This document shows positions 9,643 to 19,359 of a stretch of 64,000 nt of DNA, piece by piece; position 1 is the stretch's first letter; each line of letters starts with the position of its first letter. The stretch covers positions 1-64,000 of the IMG/VR virus record IMGVR_UViG_3300036715_002050, one strand, 5' to 3'. The notes under the pieces were generated by a model. It was not told the origin of the DNA. It made no database searches and saw nothing but the letters and a program-made list of their open reading frames with translations. The DNA comes from a virus. Both the position numbers and the translations under genes were made by a program.

Positions 9643-10629
9643 TTATTCTACGCTGAACACAATAAGCTGCATAGAGTTTACCGTAGACTGGTTAATAACG
9701 CTTAACGAAAAAGCGTTACCGACCTTGATTAGAAACCCCACTGATCCTTGTGGAGTCAAAATGGGCTGGATGGTATTACTTACTCCCGAATCACCATTGA
9801 ATTGTACCACTGCCGGTTGATCGGTTTGCACCCACACAAATCTTTTGAATGCATTAAAGAACTGCATTTGGCTGGATGTAGGGACAATGCCACTTTCTAG
9901 TGGAATTGCCGACGATACGGTAGCTTCCACCCATTGCGGTGTAACTTGTGTGACCACATACGCCCCCCACGAAGCCGACGAAAAAGCACCCGATAGCAAC
10001 ATGGTGTCACCGATTTGAACACCGCTGCTAGAGAAGGCTAGTGCTTGGGACTGGGCTGTTACCGCCACCGTTTCAGCTACCCCCACAAAGGGAGCTTGAT
10101 AAGCTCGGATGCAAGTGATAAAGGTGGACGACTTGGCGATGATTTGCCACGTACCCTGGTTTAAGTAGCTAAAAGGACCTGTGGAGTCGCCCGTAGTAAG
10201 CCCGGGAACAAAAAAGATATCCCCCACCACACATGTGACAAACGAGCCTGCACCCGAAGCAATCGTAAACGTCGCGGTAGCATTGTTGTTGATTGTCACC
10301 ACCACGCTACACGCGTTCAAGTTGATGTTACGATCAGTGCGGAAGTTAGCTAGTCCGGCTGTAGTCCATCTGTAAGTGCTGTTTAAGACAGGGTTGATGG
10401 TGACAGCAAAAGACATGACCCCATCGATGCCAGTCGTGTCTACACCACTAAAAACGGACTTGGTGCCACTAGGAGGTATGGTGAACACCGCAGTCTGCGG
10501 GTTCGAACAAGTCATCCCTTGAATGACCTGCAAAAAGTCCGGTACGCGTTTACGTGGGTTAAATTGGTTTTGGGGGTCCAAAGCGACGGTCAAGTCCGCG
10601 TTGAAGTTTAGTTGTGTGCTTTGAGCCAT
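9643..10629 (-). CDS. Putative virion structural protein
   Basis: SD AAAGGA with TAATCTT upstream; Thr/Ser/Val-rich beta protein between TerL and portal. Confidence 0.55.
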   Translation of the reverse strand: MAQSTQLNFNADLTVALDPQNQFNPRKRVPDFLQVIQGMTCSNPQTAVFTIPPSGTKSVFSGVDTTGIDGVMSFAVTINPVLNSTYRWTTAGLANFRTDRNINLNACSVVVTINNNATATFTIASGAGSFVTCVVGDIFFVPGLTTGDSTGPFSYLNQGTWQIIAKSSTFITCIRAYQAPFVGVAETVAVTAQSQALAFSSSGVQIGDTMLLSGAFSSASWGAYVVTQVTPQWVEATVSSAIPLESGIVPTSSQMQFFNAFKRFVWVQTDQPAVVQFNGDSGVSNTIQPILTPQGSVGFLIKVGNAFSLSVINQSTVNSMQLIVFSVE

Positions 10630-10648
10630 AGTTATTCCTTTGGTGGCA

Positions 10649-10655
10649 AAGATTA
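10649..10655 (-). promoter_or_regulatory. Candidate late promoter motif TAATCTT
   Basis: Same motif and near-identical spacing to ATG as at 1481-1487. Confidence 0.5.
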
Positions 10656-10671
10656 CTTTATGACGATACCG

Positions 10672-12582
10672 TTAAAAAGTAGCCTTGAACCCTTTCTTTT
10701 TGATAATGCCACCATCTCCTTCACGAACAAGGTCGTGCGTAAGCTCTTTTAAGGTTTCTGAAATGACTTCGTCAGCAGACTGTGGTTTATATTCTTCGGG
10801 TGCGTTGTAATCCCCGGCTTTAGGCAAGCGCATCTTCATTTGACCGTTAGATAAGAATAAGTTGATGATCAAGTAGCGTAAGGCGTCCAAAGCATGGTCA
10901 GCTTGGTGCGGCGCTGGCACGTCCAACGTGTTCCCGGCGGCATCTACCTTCCAAGAATACCCTTGGAATTCCGTTACCAGCGGAGCGCAAGCGTCTCCTT
11001 CCAAAATATAGACTTCGGGTGGTTCGTCTGGTGCAGGGAACAATTTATTGCGTACAGATTCGATACCGATATTGATTTCGCCCTTGGACCAGTTCATCAA
11101 GCGGAACCCGTACTTAGAAAAAGCTTCGTTGGCATCTGCGGAGGCGGTATCAGAGAAGATAACCGGCTCCCACACCAAGCGGTTTTTGCAATAGCGCATA
11201 CGGTCGTTTAATTCTACGCGCAACAAATAGATCACGTCGAAAACGAACAAGTAATTGCCGACCACGACACCGGAAACCACGGAAAAGGGGTCGGTGTACC
11301 CATGGTCCATTCCGGCGAAGAACATGCTTTGGGCGTTAGGTAAGCGCATTAACATACGGATAAGCTCTTGCTGCGTCATCTTGTCTTCGTAATGGTTACC
11401 CGTAATCATGGTCGCCATACGTTGAGCTGAAATAACATGCTTAGCTTTATCAAAGCGCGGGTAAATCAACCCGGACTTGGACGGTTCCCAGCACATCAAT
11501 TGGGATTTGATGATGTCCAAGTCGGCGTCTTTGATTTCGTCGATAGTGGAATCAATCTCTTTCAACATCTTGGTGTGCGTAGACTTTTGTTCTGTAGCCA
11601 AACGTCCTAGGCACCCTGCAAAGATCGGACACTTGACACATCCAGCATAGCCTTTATGCTTCGTAAACTTATCTTGCTCCGGCAAAGGCAAGTCGTCAAA
11701 GTCTTGCTGTGAAATAGTCAAAAATTGGTCACGATTGACGTACAAATCGACCATGGGTTGTGCTGGTAAATGTCGTTCGGGCTCGCAAGACTCTGTCGTG
11801 TCAATAATATTCCAATGCAACACGCGCGTGTTGGTCTTTTCAGCTTCATCGATCATCTTTTGGACTGGACCGACCGAACTCTTTCTGGTAGAAGTGTAAA
11901 AAGACAGCGGACGACCACCTGTGCGAGGCGATGTAGGAATGCGCTTGGCTTCGCGGATGACGTTGTTGTCAATCAAGTCCAATTCGTCTAGAGTCAACAG
12001 TGGCGCATGCTGGCCGTTGGTAGATTCTACCGTCGCCACAACGATACGGATCTTATTAACTTCAAACATGTATTCAGACTTCTTCGAACCGTCTAGCGCT
12101 TCCCACATCTTGGGCGTAATCTCTTTGCCAGTCGAGTAATGGGCGTAGCGCCCAATCGACAATTCTTTGGAGTTCTTGGTCATCGATGCTTCAATAATCA
12201 CAGGCATAGCCAAAAAGCCTTCGATGTATTCCTTGCACTTGTCGGACTGGTCCTTCAAAGCGGCACCGTGTACAACGTCTCGCTTCAAATGCAACAAAAA
12301 CAATAGTTCGATAATGGCGCTGGATAATGTCTTCCCACCAGCACGGTTTGCGTAGGAAACTACCGAACGGTAAGGCTGCTTGCCCGAGCGCGCGTTCTTA
12401 TAGATTTCCCAGACCATTTCAAACGGACTGGATGTAGATTCTGCGTCTACATGGTGATCGATCAGTTCGATATTCAAGAACAGCTTCAACCACGACTTGA
12501 GTTCACTGGCTGTTTCACAAGGCTTATACAAAACCTTGCGCTTCAAGTCTACTTCTTTTTGATAGTCACTTATGGTGGGCAT
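10672..12582 (-). CDS. terL: Terminase large subunit
   Basis: Walker A ANRAGGKT, Walker B LTLDELD, motif III TST, nuclease GMDHG and DHALDALRY. Confidence 0.93.
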   Translation of the reverse strand: MPTISDYQKEVDLKRKVLYKPCETASELKSWLKLFLNIELIDHHVDAESTSSPFEMVWEIYKNARSGKQPYRSVVSYANRAGGKTLSSAIIELLFLLHLKRDVVHGAALKDQSDKCKEYIEGFLAMPVIIEASMTKNSKELSIGRYAHYSTGKEITPKMWEALDGSKKSEYMFEVNKIRIVVATVESTNGQHAPLLTLDELDLIDNNVIREAKRIPTSPRTGGRPLSFYTSTRKSSVGPVQKMIDEAEKTNTRVLHWNIIDTTESCEPERHLPAQPMVDLYVNRDQFLTISQQDFDDLPLPEQDKFTKHKGYAGCVKCPIFAGCLGRLATEQKSTHTKMLKEIDSTIDEIKDADLDIIKSQLMCWEPSKSGLIYPRFDKAKHVISAQRMATMITGNHYEDKMTQQELIRMLMRLPNAQSMFFAGMDHGYTDPFSVVSGVVVGNYLFVFDVIYLLRVELNDRMRYCKNRLVWEPVIFSDTASADANEAFSKYGFRLMNWSKGEINIGIESVRNKLFPAPDEPPEVYILEGDACAPLVTEFQGYSWKVDAAGNTLDVPAPHQADHALDALRYLIINLFLSNGQMKMRLPKAGDYNAPEEYKPQSADEVISETLKELTHDLVREGDGGIIKKKGFKATF

Positions 12583-13217
12583 TATTCGTCCTCATCCGGT
12601 TTGTCTTTACGTTTTGCTTTAGCGCTTTCTAGCTGTTTCAAAACGTCCGTTACAGACTCTTCGGCTTGCTGAATCGCCGGGACCGCGTTCGGCACTACAG
12701 TGATAGCTTCTTTACGTCCACGTTTATTCTCTACAACCACCTTGGCGACCTTGTCTTTCCCCGCCATCGTCTGGAACATCTTGGCGACCGCTGTGTATTT
12801 TTCCATGTCGTTTAAGTCCATACCTTGCAAGTCCGATTCGTCGCCCGACGCCAAATATCTTTTCAACTTGCCGCCCTGTAACTTATGCGTGGCTTTCATG
12901 TATGTCGACAAATATTCTACCGATTCACTAGCCGTGTTAATAAAACGGATCGACACGTTTTCCATGATCTGATTTAACGCTTCGTCCCGGCGATCAAACC
13001 AACGGAAACGCAAACAGGCATCGACCACGTGACCAAAAGTCACGTGGTCGTCATTTTCGTAGGCTGCTACGTGAATATCTTTTAACGACCTCCCCTGCAA
13101 GAACTGGTTGTACCAAGGGAGCGTCTTTTGCAACCCCATAGGCAGCCTCTTGTTCTCACGAAACGCCGCTAATGCTTCCGCTTCTAGTTCTGATAAATCT
13201 TCTTCACGTAGACCCAT
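12582..13217 (-). CDS. Probable terminase small subunit
   Basis: Helical 211 aa protein coupled to TerL (TAATG); HTH-like segment ending in W..RR; assignment is mainly positional. Confidence 0.5.
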   Translation of the reverse strand: MGLREEDLSELEAEALAAFRENKRLPMGLQKTLPWYNQFLQGRSLKDIHVAAYENDDHVTFGHVVDACLRFRWFDRRDEALNQIMENVSIRFINTASESVEYLSTYMKATHKLQGGKLKRYLASGDESDLQGMDLNDMEKYTAVAKMFQTMAGKDKVAKVVVENKRGRKEAITVVPNAVPAIQQAEESVTDVLKQLESAKAKRKDKPDEDE

Positions 13218-13618
13218 TAATTACCTCGTTTGAATTTCTTGGTCGGGACTTTTTTGTCCACCTTTTTAACCGTTTCCTTAACCGATTTTTTGGTCTTCTT
13301 GGGCGCGTCGGTGGCTGCGGGCGCTGCATAGGTGACGCACGTTGTCACGTCTTTACCCAACAACCATTTAATCGATGGCTGTAACAAGTTGAACATCTTG
13401 TCGAAGTGCTCACCCATGTCCAAGTTAGCTGGATATCGAACTGTTAACTCCTTAGTCTCTGCGTCATAGTCGAATTCCGGTGGCACCCTCAAATCGGGAA
13501 CCAACGCCATGAACCAGTAAGCCAATTGCACGAGTTGCAGTTCGTGGATCACCCCTTGGTGTACGGTCAAATCCCGCAACGACAACAGCTTCTTTTGGGC
13601 TTCAGTTAGTCCGGGCAT
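13217..13618 (-). CDS. Hypothetical protein with Lys-rich C-terminus
   Basis: ORF coupled to both neighbours. Confidence 0.65.
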   Translation of the reverse strand: MPGLTEAQKKLLSLRDLTVHQGVIHELQLVQLAYWFMALVPDLRVPPEFDYDAETKELTVRYPANLDMGEHFDKMFNLLQPSIKWLLGKDVTTCVTYAAPAATDAPKKTKKSVKETVKKVDKKVPTKKFKRGN

Positions 13619-13959
13619 GATTCGTCACATCCAAAAACATCTTTTACGGTGGGAGCCTTGCGACCATCAAGCCACGTCCAAGTTTTATCGAATGAACCAT
13701 TAAAAACACCACTAAAATAAGTAATGACCGGGTCTAGCGGCGGATTGGTTTGGATCGTTCCCGGCCCCATGCGGGGCCACCACGGGTTGCTGTTCGGCCC
13801 AATTAAGTCGGGGGCAGGTGGAGTGATTTGATAAAGCTGCAGATCGTGGAAGGATGCTGCCACCAACAATGCTGGCAAATGCTTTGCCACTTGTTCTAGT
13901 TCTGTTGATTCACATTCTACCAAGCATTCTTTTTGTCCATTTTTAAAAGTTAGTTTCAT
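13606..13959 (-). CDS. Hypothetical protein
   Basis: ORF overlapping both neighbours in the operon. Confidence 0.6.
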   Translation of the reverse strand: MKLTFKNGQKECLVECESTELEQVAKHLPALLVAASFHDLQLYQITPPAPDLIGPNSNPWWPRMGPGTIQTNPPLDPVITYFSGVFNGSFDKTWTWLDGRKAPTVKDVFGCDESCPD

Positions 13960-15062
13960 TTAGTTAAGCTCCGGGTAATTACTTCACGAGCCTTGGCGGC
14001 TACGATGGTCATATCTACTCCATGTGTAGGAGTGTGTTGTGGTACGAACTTTTCGAAAGCTACCAAAATACCGTCGGACTCTTTAGCTGTCGTGCGTGTC
14101 TTAGCACGCGGATAGGTGCGGATGCGTACGCTCGACGGGATAACTTTTTTGCGTTGGCTAATATAGTCATGTGTCCCATACAGATCAACGACAATAGCAT
14201 TCCCAGCATCAATAGCGGCATGTAGCACCCCGTCGTCTAGTGGTTCTTCTTCACGATCAGCAAATGCCACCATTTTAGTGACGCAATGTTCTGTAGGAAA
14301 CTGACGTAAATCTTTTACCATTACCATTTCACGAGCGTCTACGGTATAAAGATGGATAAACTTTTCTTGGTTGCTGTCTAACACCCCACGCCATCTTGGA
14401 GAACCAACGTAATGCAACTTTCCTACGTCAGCATGGTTGTGGATATGTCCCGATACGATCTTTTCTTGTGGGACCAAGTTGGCGTCCGTACCGTCTTCAA
14501 TAGGGAAGCCGTTTTCGTAACGAGCGCCGTTAAAAGACTGGTGGCAAAAGACCATCCGTGTTTCTAACTGTGCGAACGTAGAACATGGCAAGTCTAAAGA
14601 GTAAATGGGTTGAGCGTACTTGTGGCACTGTAACAAGAACAAGTCGTTGCTGTGGTAGTACGGCAAAAATAGCATCCGGTCTTTGTGCCAAGGCTGGGTT
14701 ACAACTCGAACACGTGGATAACCAGCAAAAAAGTCCATAGATGTGGTGGAATTCACGTCTTTGGAATTCGCTTGGTCATGGTTACCAGCCAACAGTACGA
14801 TGGTGGCATCGGGACCACCGTGTCCGGCAATCTCGTCCAACCCCGCCGATAACGATCTGAGTTGCGTGGACCAAAAGTCCATCACATACGCATCCAAGAT
14901 GGCGTGGTTATGGGTTTGGTCGCCCATGAACACCACGTAGTCCGGAGTATGTTCGTAGCACAACTTCTGTACATAAGACATAAGGTTTTTGCACTCATCG
15001 ATCTCATTGCGAACGACGTGCATGTCCCCTATGACCAACACTTTTTTGAGTGACGTATCCAT
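13956..15062 (-). CDS. sbcD: SbcD/Mre11/gp47-like metallophosphoesterase nuclease
   Basis: GDMH, MGD, AGNHD, FCHQ, SGHIH and YVGSP motifs. Confidence 0.85.
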   Translation of the reverse strand: MDTSLKKVLVIGDMHVVRNEIDECKNLMSYVQKLCYEHTPDYVVFMGDQTHNHAILDAYVMDFWSTQLRSLSAGLDEIAGHGGPDATIVLLAGNHDQANSKDVNSTTSMDFFAGYPRVRVVTQPWHKDRMLFLPYYHSNDLFLLQCHKYAQPIYSLDLPCSTFAQLETRMVFCHQSFNGARYENGFPIEDGTDANLVPQEKIVSGHIHNHADVGKLHYVGSPRWRGVLDSNQEKFIHLYTVDAREMVMVKDLRQFPTEHCVTKMVAFADREEEPLDDGVLHAAIDAGNAIVVDLYGTHDYISQRKKVIPSSVRIRTYPRAKTRTTAKESDGILVAFEKFVPQHTPTHGVDMTIVAAKAREVITRSLTK

Positions 15063-15604
15063 TACTTAAACTTTAGTTCGCCGGGACGTTGTGGTCCGCC
15101 AACAATGATCTTTGAATCGTTCAATCGCACACCACTTTGCTGAGTTAGAGTGCCGGGTGTAAGGTCATAATCGCCCGATTCCAAAGCGGTTTTCAACTTG
15201 TCTAACTCCTTTGCTAAATTAAAATCTTCAAGCGTAACGCTTTGGGCTTTTTGGATAGAGATTTGGTCTTCTATCGTGTCCTTCAAAACGTCTGCCTCTT
15301 CTATTAACACAATAAAGGCTGGATCGATTGGCATCAAAACGAATTCTGTGCCACCTAGTCGGTGACGCTTCTGCGCCCATGGCTGCAAGTTGCACTCCCC
15401 AAGCACGTAAAGCTTTGTGCCCGCACGCCACTGATCACAATCAAACAGCGTTACCACTTCACGCAGTTCACCTTGCTGGGTCTTCTTCCACTTAGGCTTG
15501 GCTTCGACCGGCGCTTCTTCTGTGGGCTCGGAGCCCTTCTTTTGAACGATTTCGACAGGGAACGGTGCAATCGCCACACGACCTGCAAAAGTTTTTGTTG
15601 TCAT
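15062..15604 (-). CDS. GroES/gp31-like co-chaperonin with C-terminal extension
   Basis: Start ATG 15604 after AAAGGA; KTFAGRVAIAP, loop, QQGE..EVV, RAGTKLYV, LGGTEFVLM..AFIVLIE parallel the GroES strand order. Confidence 0.55.
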   Translation of the reverse strand: MTTKTFAGRVAIAPFPVEIVQKKGSEPTEEAPVEAKPKWKKTQQGELREVVTLFDCDQWRAGTKLYVLGECNLQPWAQKRHRLGGTEFVLMPIDPAFIVLIEEADVLKDTIEDQISIQKAQSVTLEDFNLAKELDKLKTALESGDYDLTPGTLTQQSGVRLNDSKIIVGGPQRPGELKFK

Positions 15605-15614
15605 AGGTTTTCCT

Positions 15615-16619
15615 TTAAATTCCAAAATGCGCTCGTAATAACTTTTGTTCAAACATCGGCAAACAATGCAAAGCACGAGTCATTTTTCTGTACACATCCA
15701 TTTTTTCTGATACCGCATCTGGTTGCACTGTCGTCGCTGATGGTGTTACATCTATCAATGATGGAGCACCCTCTTCTGTGTCGTCACTTTTACCAAACAG
15801 CGACAAGTGCGACGATGCAGACATTATATCTTGCACGTCGCTCTCAGTCAATGCGCAATTTTCGCCAATTTCTTGATTGATTCTATCAGCGGTTGCGGCT
15901 GCACTCAATCCGTCCTTTCGGCATTTGTTTGCTTTGTAAATAATTCGACGATCATCGGGTAGGAAGTGCACCATCGTAGAAGAGTATTCTTTGATGTGTC
16001 CTGCAGTGATGCGCCCGATGATAACAGAACGAAACACCTTGGTGAATGGTGGCACAAACTTGTCGATGGCTGTCAACAACCCTTCTTGGGCGATCTGGAT
16101 CAGATCCATGTACTCCAAGTGACTGTGGGGAGTAGTGTTCCAAAACTTCTTGCATCTGTTCAACGCCAGCGGCGCGTTAGTGCGGGCAATAACCATCCGT
16201 TGACTTTCTACTTTTTGGTAGATCGCCCACAACGACGGCAAGTTCTGCGGGGTGACTTTTAACCGCTTTAACCAAAAAGACAACATGGGGTGATTGATTC
16301 TGTAGGTTGATAGTGCCGTCAAATTCCGCTGTTGCAAGTGACCGGTAATTTCCGACGAAAACTTGGTTTGACGCTCTCGGAAATACGGTCGAGCCGCCAA
16401 GATATTACATTTTTCTTTGGTGATGAAGTCCACGAACACGCCATAGGCGGTATCTGCTAATTGCAACGCGATAAGTTCGTCAACAAAGTCGCGTTCGTAC
16501 TGGATTAAGTCCATAACTTGGGTGCGTTGGAGTTCAAAAAACTCTTGGGACGAGAAATCCAACCCCATTTTGGCGATATCTTGGTCCAAGTATTGTAAAT
16601 AGTTATTGTAGTTAGACAT
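15615..16619 (-). CDS. Phage RNA polymerase sigma-70-family factor
   Basis: Region 2-like N..LA....KKF.....LEYMDLIQ..QEGLL.AIDKF, region 3-like SASSHLSL, region 4 start L..L...EQ.LLR..FG. Confidence 0.8.
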   Translation of the reverse strand: MSNYNNYLQYLDQDIAKMGLDFSSQEFFELQRTQVMDLIQYERDFVDELIALQLADTAYGVFVDFITKEKCNILAARPYFRERQTKFSSEITGHLQQRNLTALSTYRINHPMLSFWLKRLKVTPQNLPSLWAIYQKVESQRMVIARTNAPLALNRCKKFWNTTPHSHLEYMDLIQIAQEGLLTAIDKFVPPFTKVFRSVIIGRITAGHIKEYSSTMVHFLPDDRRIIYKANKCRKDGLSAAATADRINQEIGENCALTESDVQDIMSASSHLSLFGKSDDTEEGAPSLIDVTPSATTVQPDAVSEKMDVYRKMTRALHCLPMFEQKLLRAHFGI

Positions 16620-16627
16620 AAATTCCT

Positions 16628-18139
16628 TTACTTAGACAAAAACCTGATGCCGTCATAGATGCTGTTGTAAATGTCCACACGTTCTAACGCGTGGCGATGT
16701 AAAATGAAGTTGTGTGGTACATCAAAGTCAAAAACATAGAAAAATTCTTTGCCGGGCGGCTTGCGCAGAGCACGACCAATACCTTGGGACAACGAAATGA
16801 AAGACTTACCTCCGCGTAAGTAGATCAAAGTCTTCACCGGCAAAATATCGGTACCCATACCAACCGCACTGGTGCCAATCAAGATAGGTGCAACGCCGTC
16901 GTTGAACGCTTGAACGATTTTGCCAGTGTCGTCCGACGCATACTCCTTGGGTACAGACTTCAAATGCTGCTTGGTAAGAGTACCATGAGCAAACAGCACC
17001 GAATGTTTGAGAAGAGGCAACAGCTTGACGAACTGGTCGATCTCTTCGATCAAGATCAAGACTTGATGCTGGTGCTTGGACACAGCTTCGTTAGCCAGGT
17101 CCGCAGCACGTTGGAGTACCAGCGGATTGTTGTAGAAGAGTTCGCGGGTGATGGTGTCGGGATCTTTAGACGACAAGGTTTTGTGAGCGTCGACAGAGAT
17201 CATGCGGAAACGCGGTACGGGCAGCCACCCTTGGCGTACGCCTTCCCGCACGTCCATAGTGTAAACGATAGGTCCTATTAGCCCCGCCAAGACACTTTCG
17301 GTACCATCCCCGCGTGTCTGTGTGCCCGATACGAAATAACGATAGGGCACGGCGTTTAGGAGGTTTGTGGCCACGTTCTCGAAAGTAGTAGCAGCGATGG
17401 TGTGGGATTCATCTACCAAGAACAGCCCGGCTTGCGACAGGTGCGTCCACTCTTCTGTTCCTTCCACGATGTTGTTCAGCGAAGCCGCAATCCCGATGGT
17501 GATTTGGCGGTCTACTTGTCTCGACCCATCTCCTAGCAACCCCACTTTGTTTTTGCCGAACCACTCACGGAAGTTGACCACCAACTGCTGCGCAATGTTT
17601 GCGGACGGAACCATCACTATCGTGCGCAACCCGTGACGCTTTACTAGCTCAGCCAAGATCCGACTCTTCCCTAGAGCTGTAGCTAACGATATCGACCGTG
17701 GCGCCACTAAATCGGAACGACTGTTCATCAAGGCTTCGACCGACTCTGTTTGATAGGGACGTAAGTCGAATGGCTTCTTAGCCCAAACAAAGTGAGTCGC
17801 GTCGGTGGGTGGATAGGAGAAGTTGATTTGGACTACATGGTTCACACAAACTTTTTTCAACTCTTCTAAGTAACCGCTGTACATCCTTACACGACCATCT
17901 TTTAAGACTTCTACCAACGTGTCCACGATCTTGGACTTCAAGTATTCGCAAATATGGTCGTAACCGGGTATGAAACGTGATCGTGGGGTATTGCGGAACT
18001 TATTGTACGCAAATTCCTTAGAAGTATTCTTGTATTCGTACTTCTTCTTCAACAAGACGATTTGGTCCGCATCTAGACCTTCGATGTAGACGTAAGTCGG
18101 GTCATCTAGTCTCAAAACAATTGGTTCTGTAATAGTCAT
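16628..18139 (-). CDS. Superfamily II DExH helicase (UvsW/ResIII-like)
   Basis: LRPYQ, LATALGKS, VDESH, SGT, GMGTDI and QGIGRALR motifs. Confidence 0.9.
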   Translation of the reverse strand: MTITEPIVLRLDDPTYVYIEGLDADQIVLLKKKYEYKNTSKEFAYNKFRNTPRSRFIPGYDHICEYLKSKIVDTLVEVLKDGRVRMYSGYLEELKKVCVNHVVQINFSYPPTDATHFVWAKKPFDLRPYQTESVEALMNSRSDLVAPRSISLATALGKSRILAELVKRHGLRTIVMVPSANIAQQLVVNFREWFGKNKVGLLGDGSRQVDRQITIGIAASLNNIVEGTEEWTHLSQAGLFLVDESHTIAATTFENVATNLLNAVPYRYFVSGTQTRGDGTESVLAGLIGPIVYTMDVREGVRQGWLPVPRFRMISVDAHKTLSSKDPDTITRELFYNNPLVLQRAADLANEAVSKHQHQVLILIEEIDQFVKLLPLLKHSVLFAHGTLTKQHLKSVPKEYASDDTGKIVQAFNDGVAPILIGTSAVGMGTDILPVKTLIYLRGGKSFISLSQGIGRALRKPPGKEFFYVFDFDVPHNFILHRHALERVDIYNSIYDGIRFLSK

Positions 18140-18145
18140 AACCGA

Positions 18146-18174
18146 ATTGTAACATTCTTTTACGACAACGTAAA
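18146..18174 (-). promoter_or_regulatory. Sigma70-type promoter, leaderless, driving the left arm
   Basis: TTTACG-17nt-TACAAT with extended TG; -10 ends 6 nt before ATG 18139; no SD. Confidence 0.7.
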
Positions 18175-18564
18175 GAGGTGTTACGTTCGACCGCCACCGA
18201 CACTACGCCTTAAACAACTGCCCGACACGTCGTACTACAAAAGCTTGTAATCGTCTTGGAATTGGATTGCACAAAGGCGTTTCGCTGTTGTTGAACTGAA
18301 AGACGGTGAAGTCTTTGATAAGCTTTTGAAAAACGTTTCACAAGCGGGAACAGCGAATTGCACGTCGGTGACGAAGCGATGTATGGTGTTAACGAAGTCG
18401 AACCAGCAAGCGGCCTTGGGGCCGTCCGTCGAAGAAGCAGTTTACAAATATGCTGTTTTGGTGTCAAGTGAAAACGTAAGTAGATCGACGATTCTTCGTA
18501 AGTCTTTGTTTTTGTTGACGTTAACGACCCCTCCCTAAGAACCACACAGGCGTCGTCGGCTAGG

Positions 18565-18593
18565 TTGACCGTTCCGTTCTGTTGTAGTATGGT
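18565..18593 (+). promoter_or_regulatory. Sigma70-type promoter, leaderless, driving the right arm
   Basis: TTGACC-17nt-TATGGT ending 6 nt before ATG 18600. Confidence 0.7.
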
Positions 18594-18599
18594 GGTGAG

Positions 18600-19352
18600 A
18601 TGACTGATTCCAAGAAGAAGCCGCGAGGAAGCCTTCGTGAATTATTGCGCAACGCTGAAAATCGACCCGTGGCTGTGCCGGTTGTTCCGACTTTGACCAG
18701 GGAGCGCGTGGAAAAACTGCTCAAAGAAGGTGACGCATTGCGTCGAGAAGTAGAACGCCGCACCGCTCCAATGACTGGCCGCATGGGTCCGCCATACAAT
18801 CCGACCAAGATCACTCCGGAAGGGAAGTCCACGATCCAACATATCCCTGTAGACCAATACTCTTCTACATCAAAAATTGTAGATGTACAAATAGACGTGC
18901 GGAAGCCTGTAAAGTTTGTGGCCGATCCTACCAAGAGTCCGCAAGAAAACGCTTTGCATATGACGCGTGAGCAGTGCTTGGATATGTTTGATCAGACCAA
19001 GGAGGTGGTGTGGTTGACACTATCCTTAGTTAAGTTGGAAAGCGTGGGGGCTAAGTTTGTACCAGAAGATATCGGGACGACATTTCCGTTTGACAAGTAC
19101 ATGCGGGACCATGCGGTCGTAACAGCTTTGTTGCGTGCAGAACACGAAGCTGCATGGAAGGAGTGGCGTCGGTGGTGTAGTGGTGGAACCATTAACCAAC
19201 CTTACGACGTATGTTACAATAACGTCGTTCCTTTTATGGAAAAGCTACGTGACCACGTGTTAGTTGTGTACGGTAAGTCATGTGACTTTGATGTTAAAAC
19301 CTTGATGACTACGGTGGCCAAAGAGCGCCGAGAATTTTTCGCAGAAGAGTGA
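18600..19352 (+). CDS. Hypothetical protein
   Basis: 250 aa ORF, first gene of the plus arm. Confidence 0.7.
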   Translation: MTDSKKKPRGSLRELLRNAENRPVAVPVVPTLTRERVEKLLKEGDALRREVERRTAPMTGRMGPPYNPTKITPEGKSTIQHIPVDQYSSTSKIVDVQIDVRKPVKFVADPTKSPQENALHMTREQCLDMFDQTKEVVWLTLSLVKLESVGAKFVPEDIGTTFPFDKYMRDHAVVTALLRAEHEAAWKEWRRWCSGGTINQPYDVCYNNVVPFMEKLRDHVLVVYGKSCDFDVKTLMTTVAKERREFFAEE

Positions 19353-19359
19353 GGGTACT

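Noticed and set aside
18210-18545. ORFs 18210..18545(-) and 18326..18538(+)
   Set aside because: Weak starts, no SD or motif, and they overlap each other
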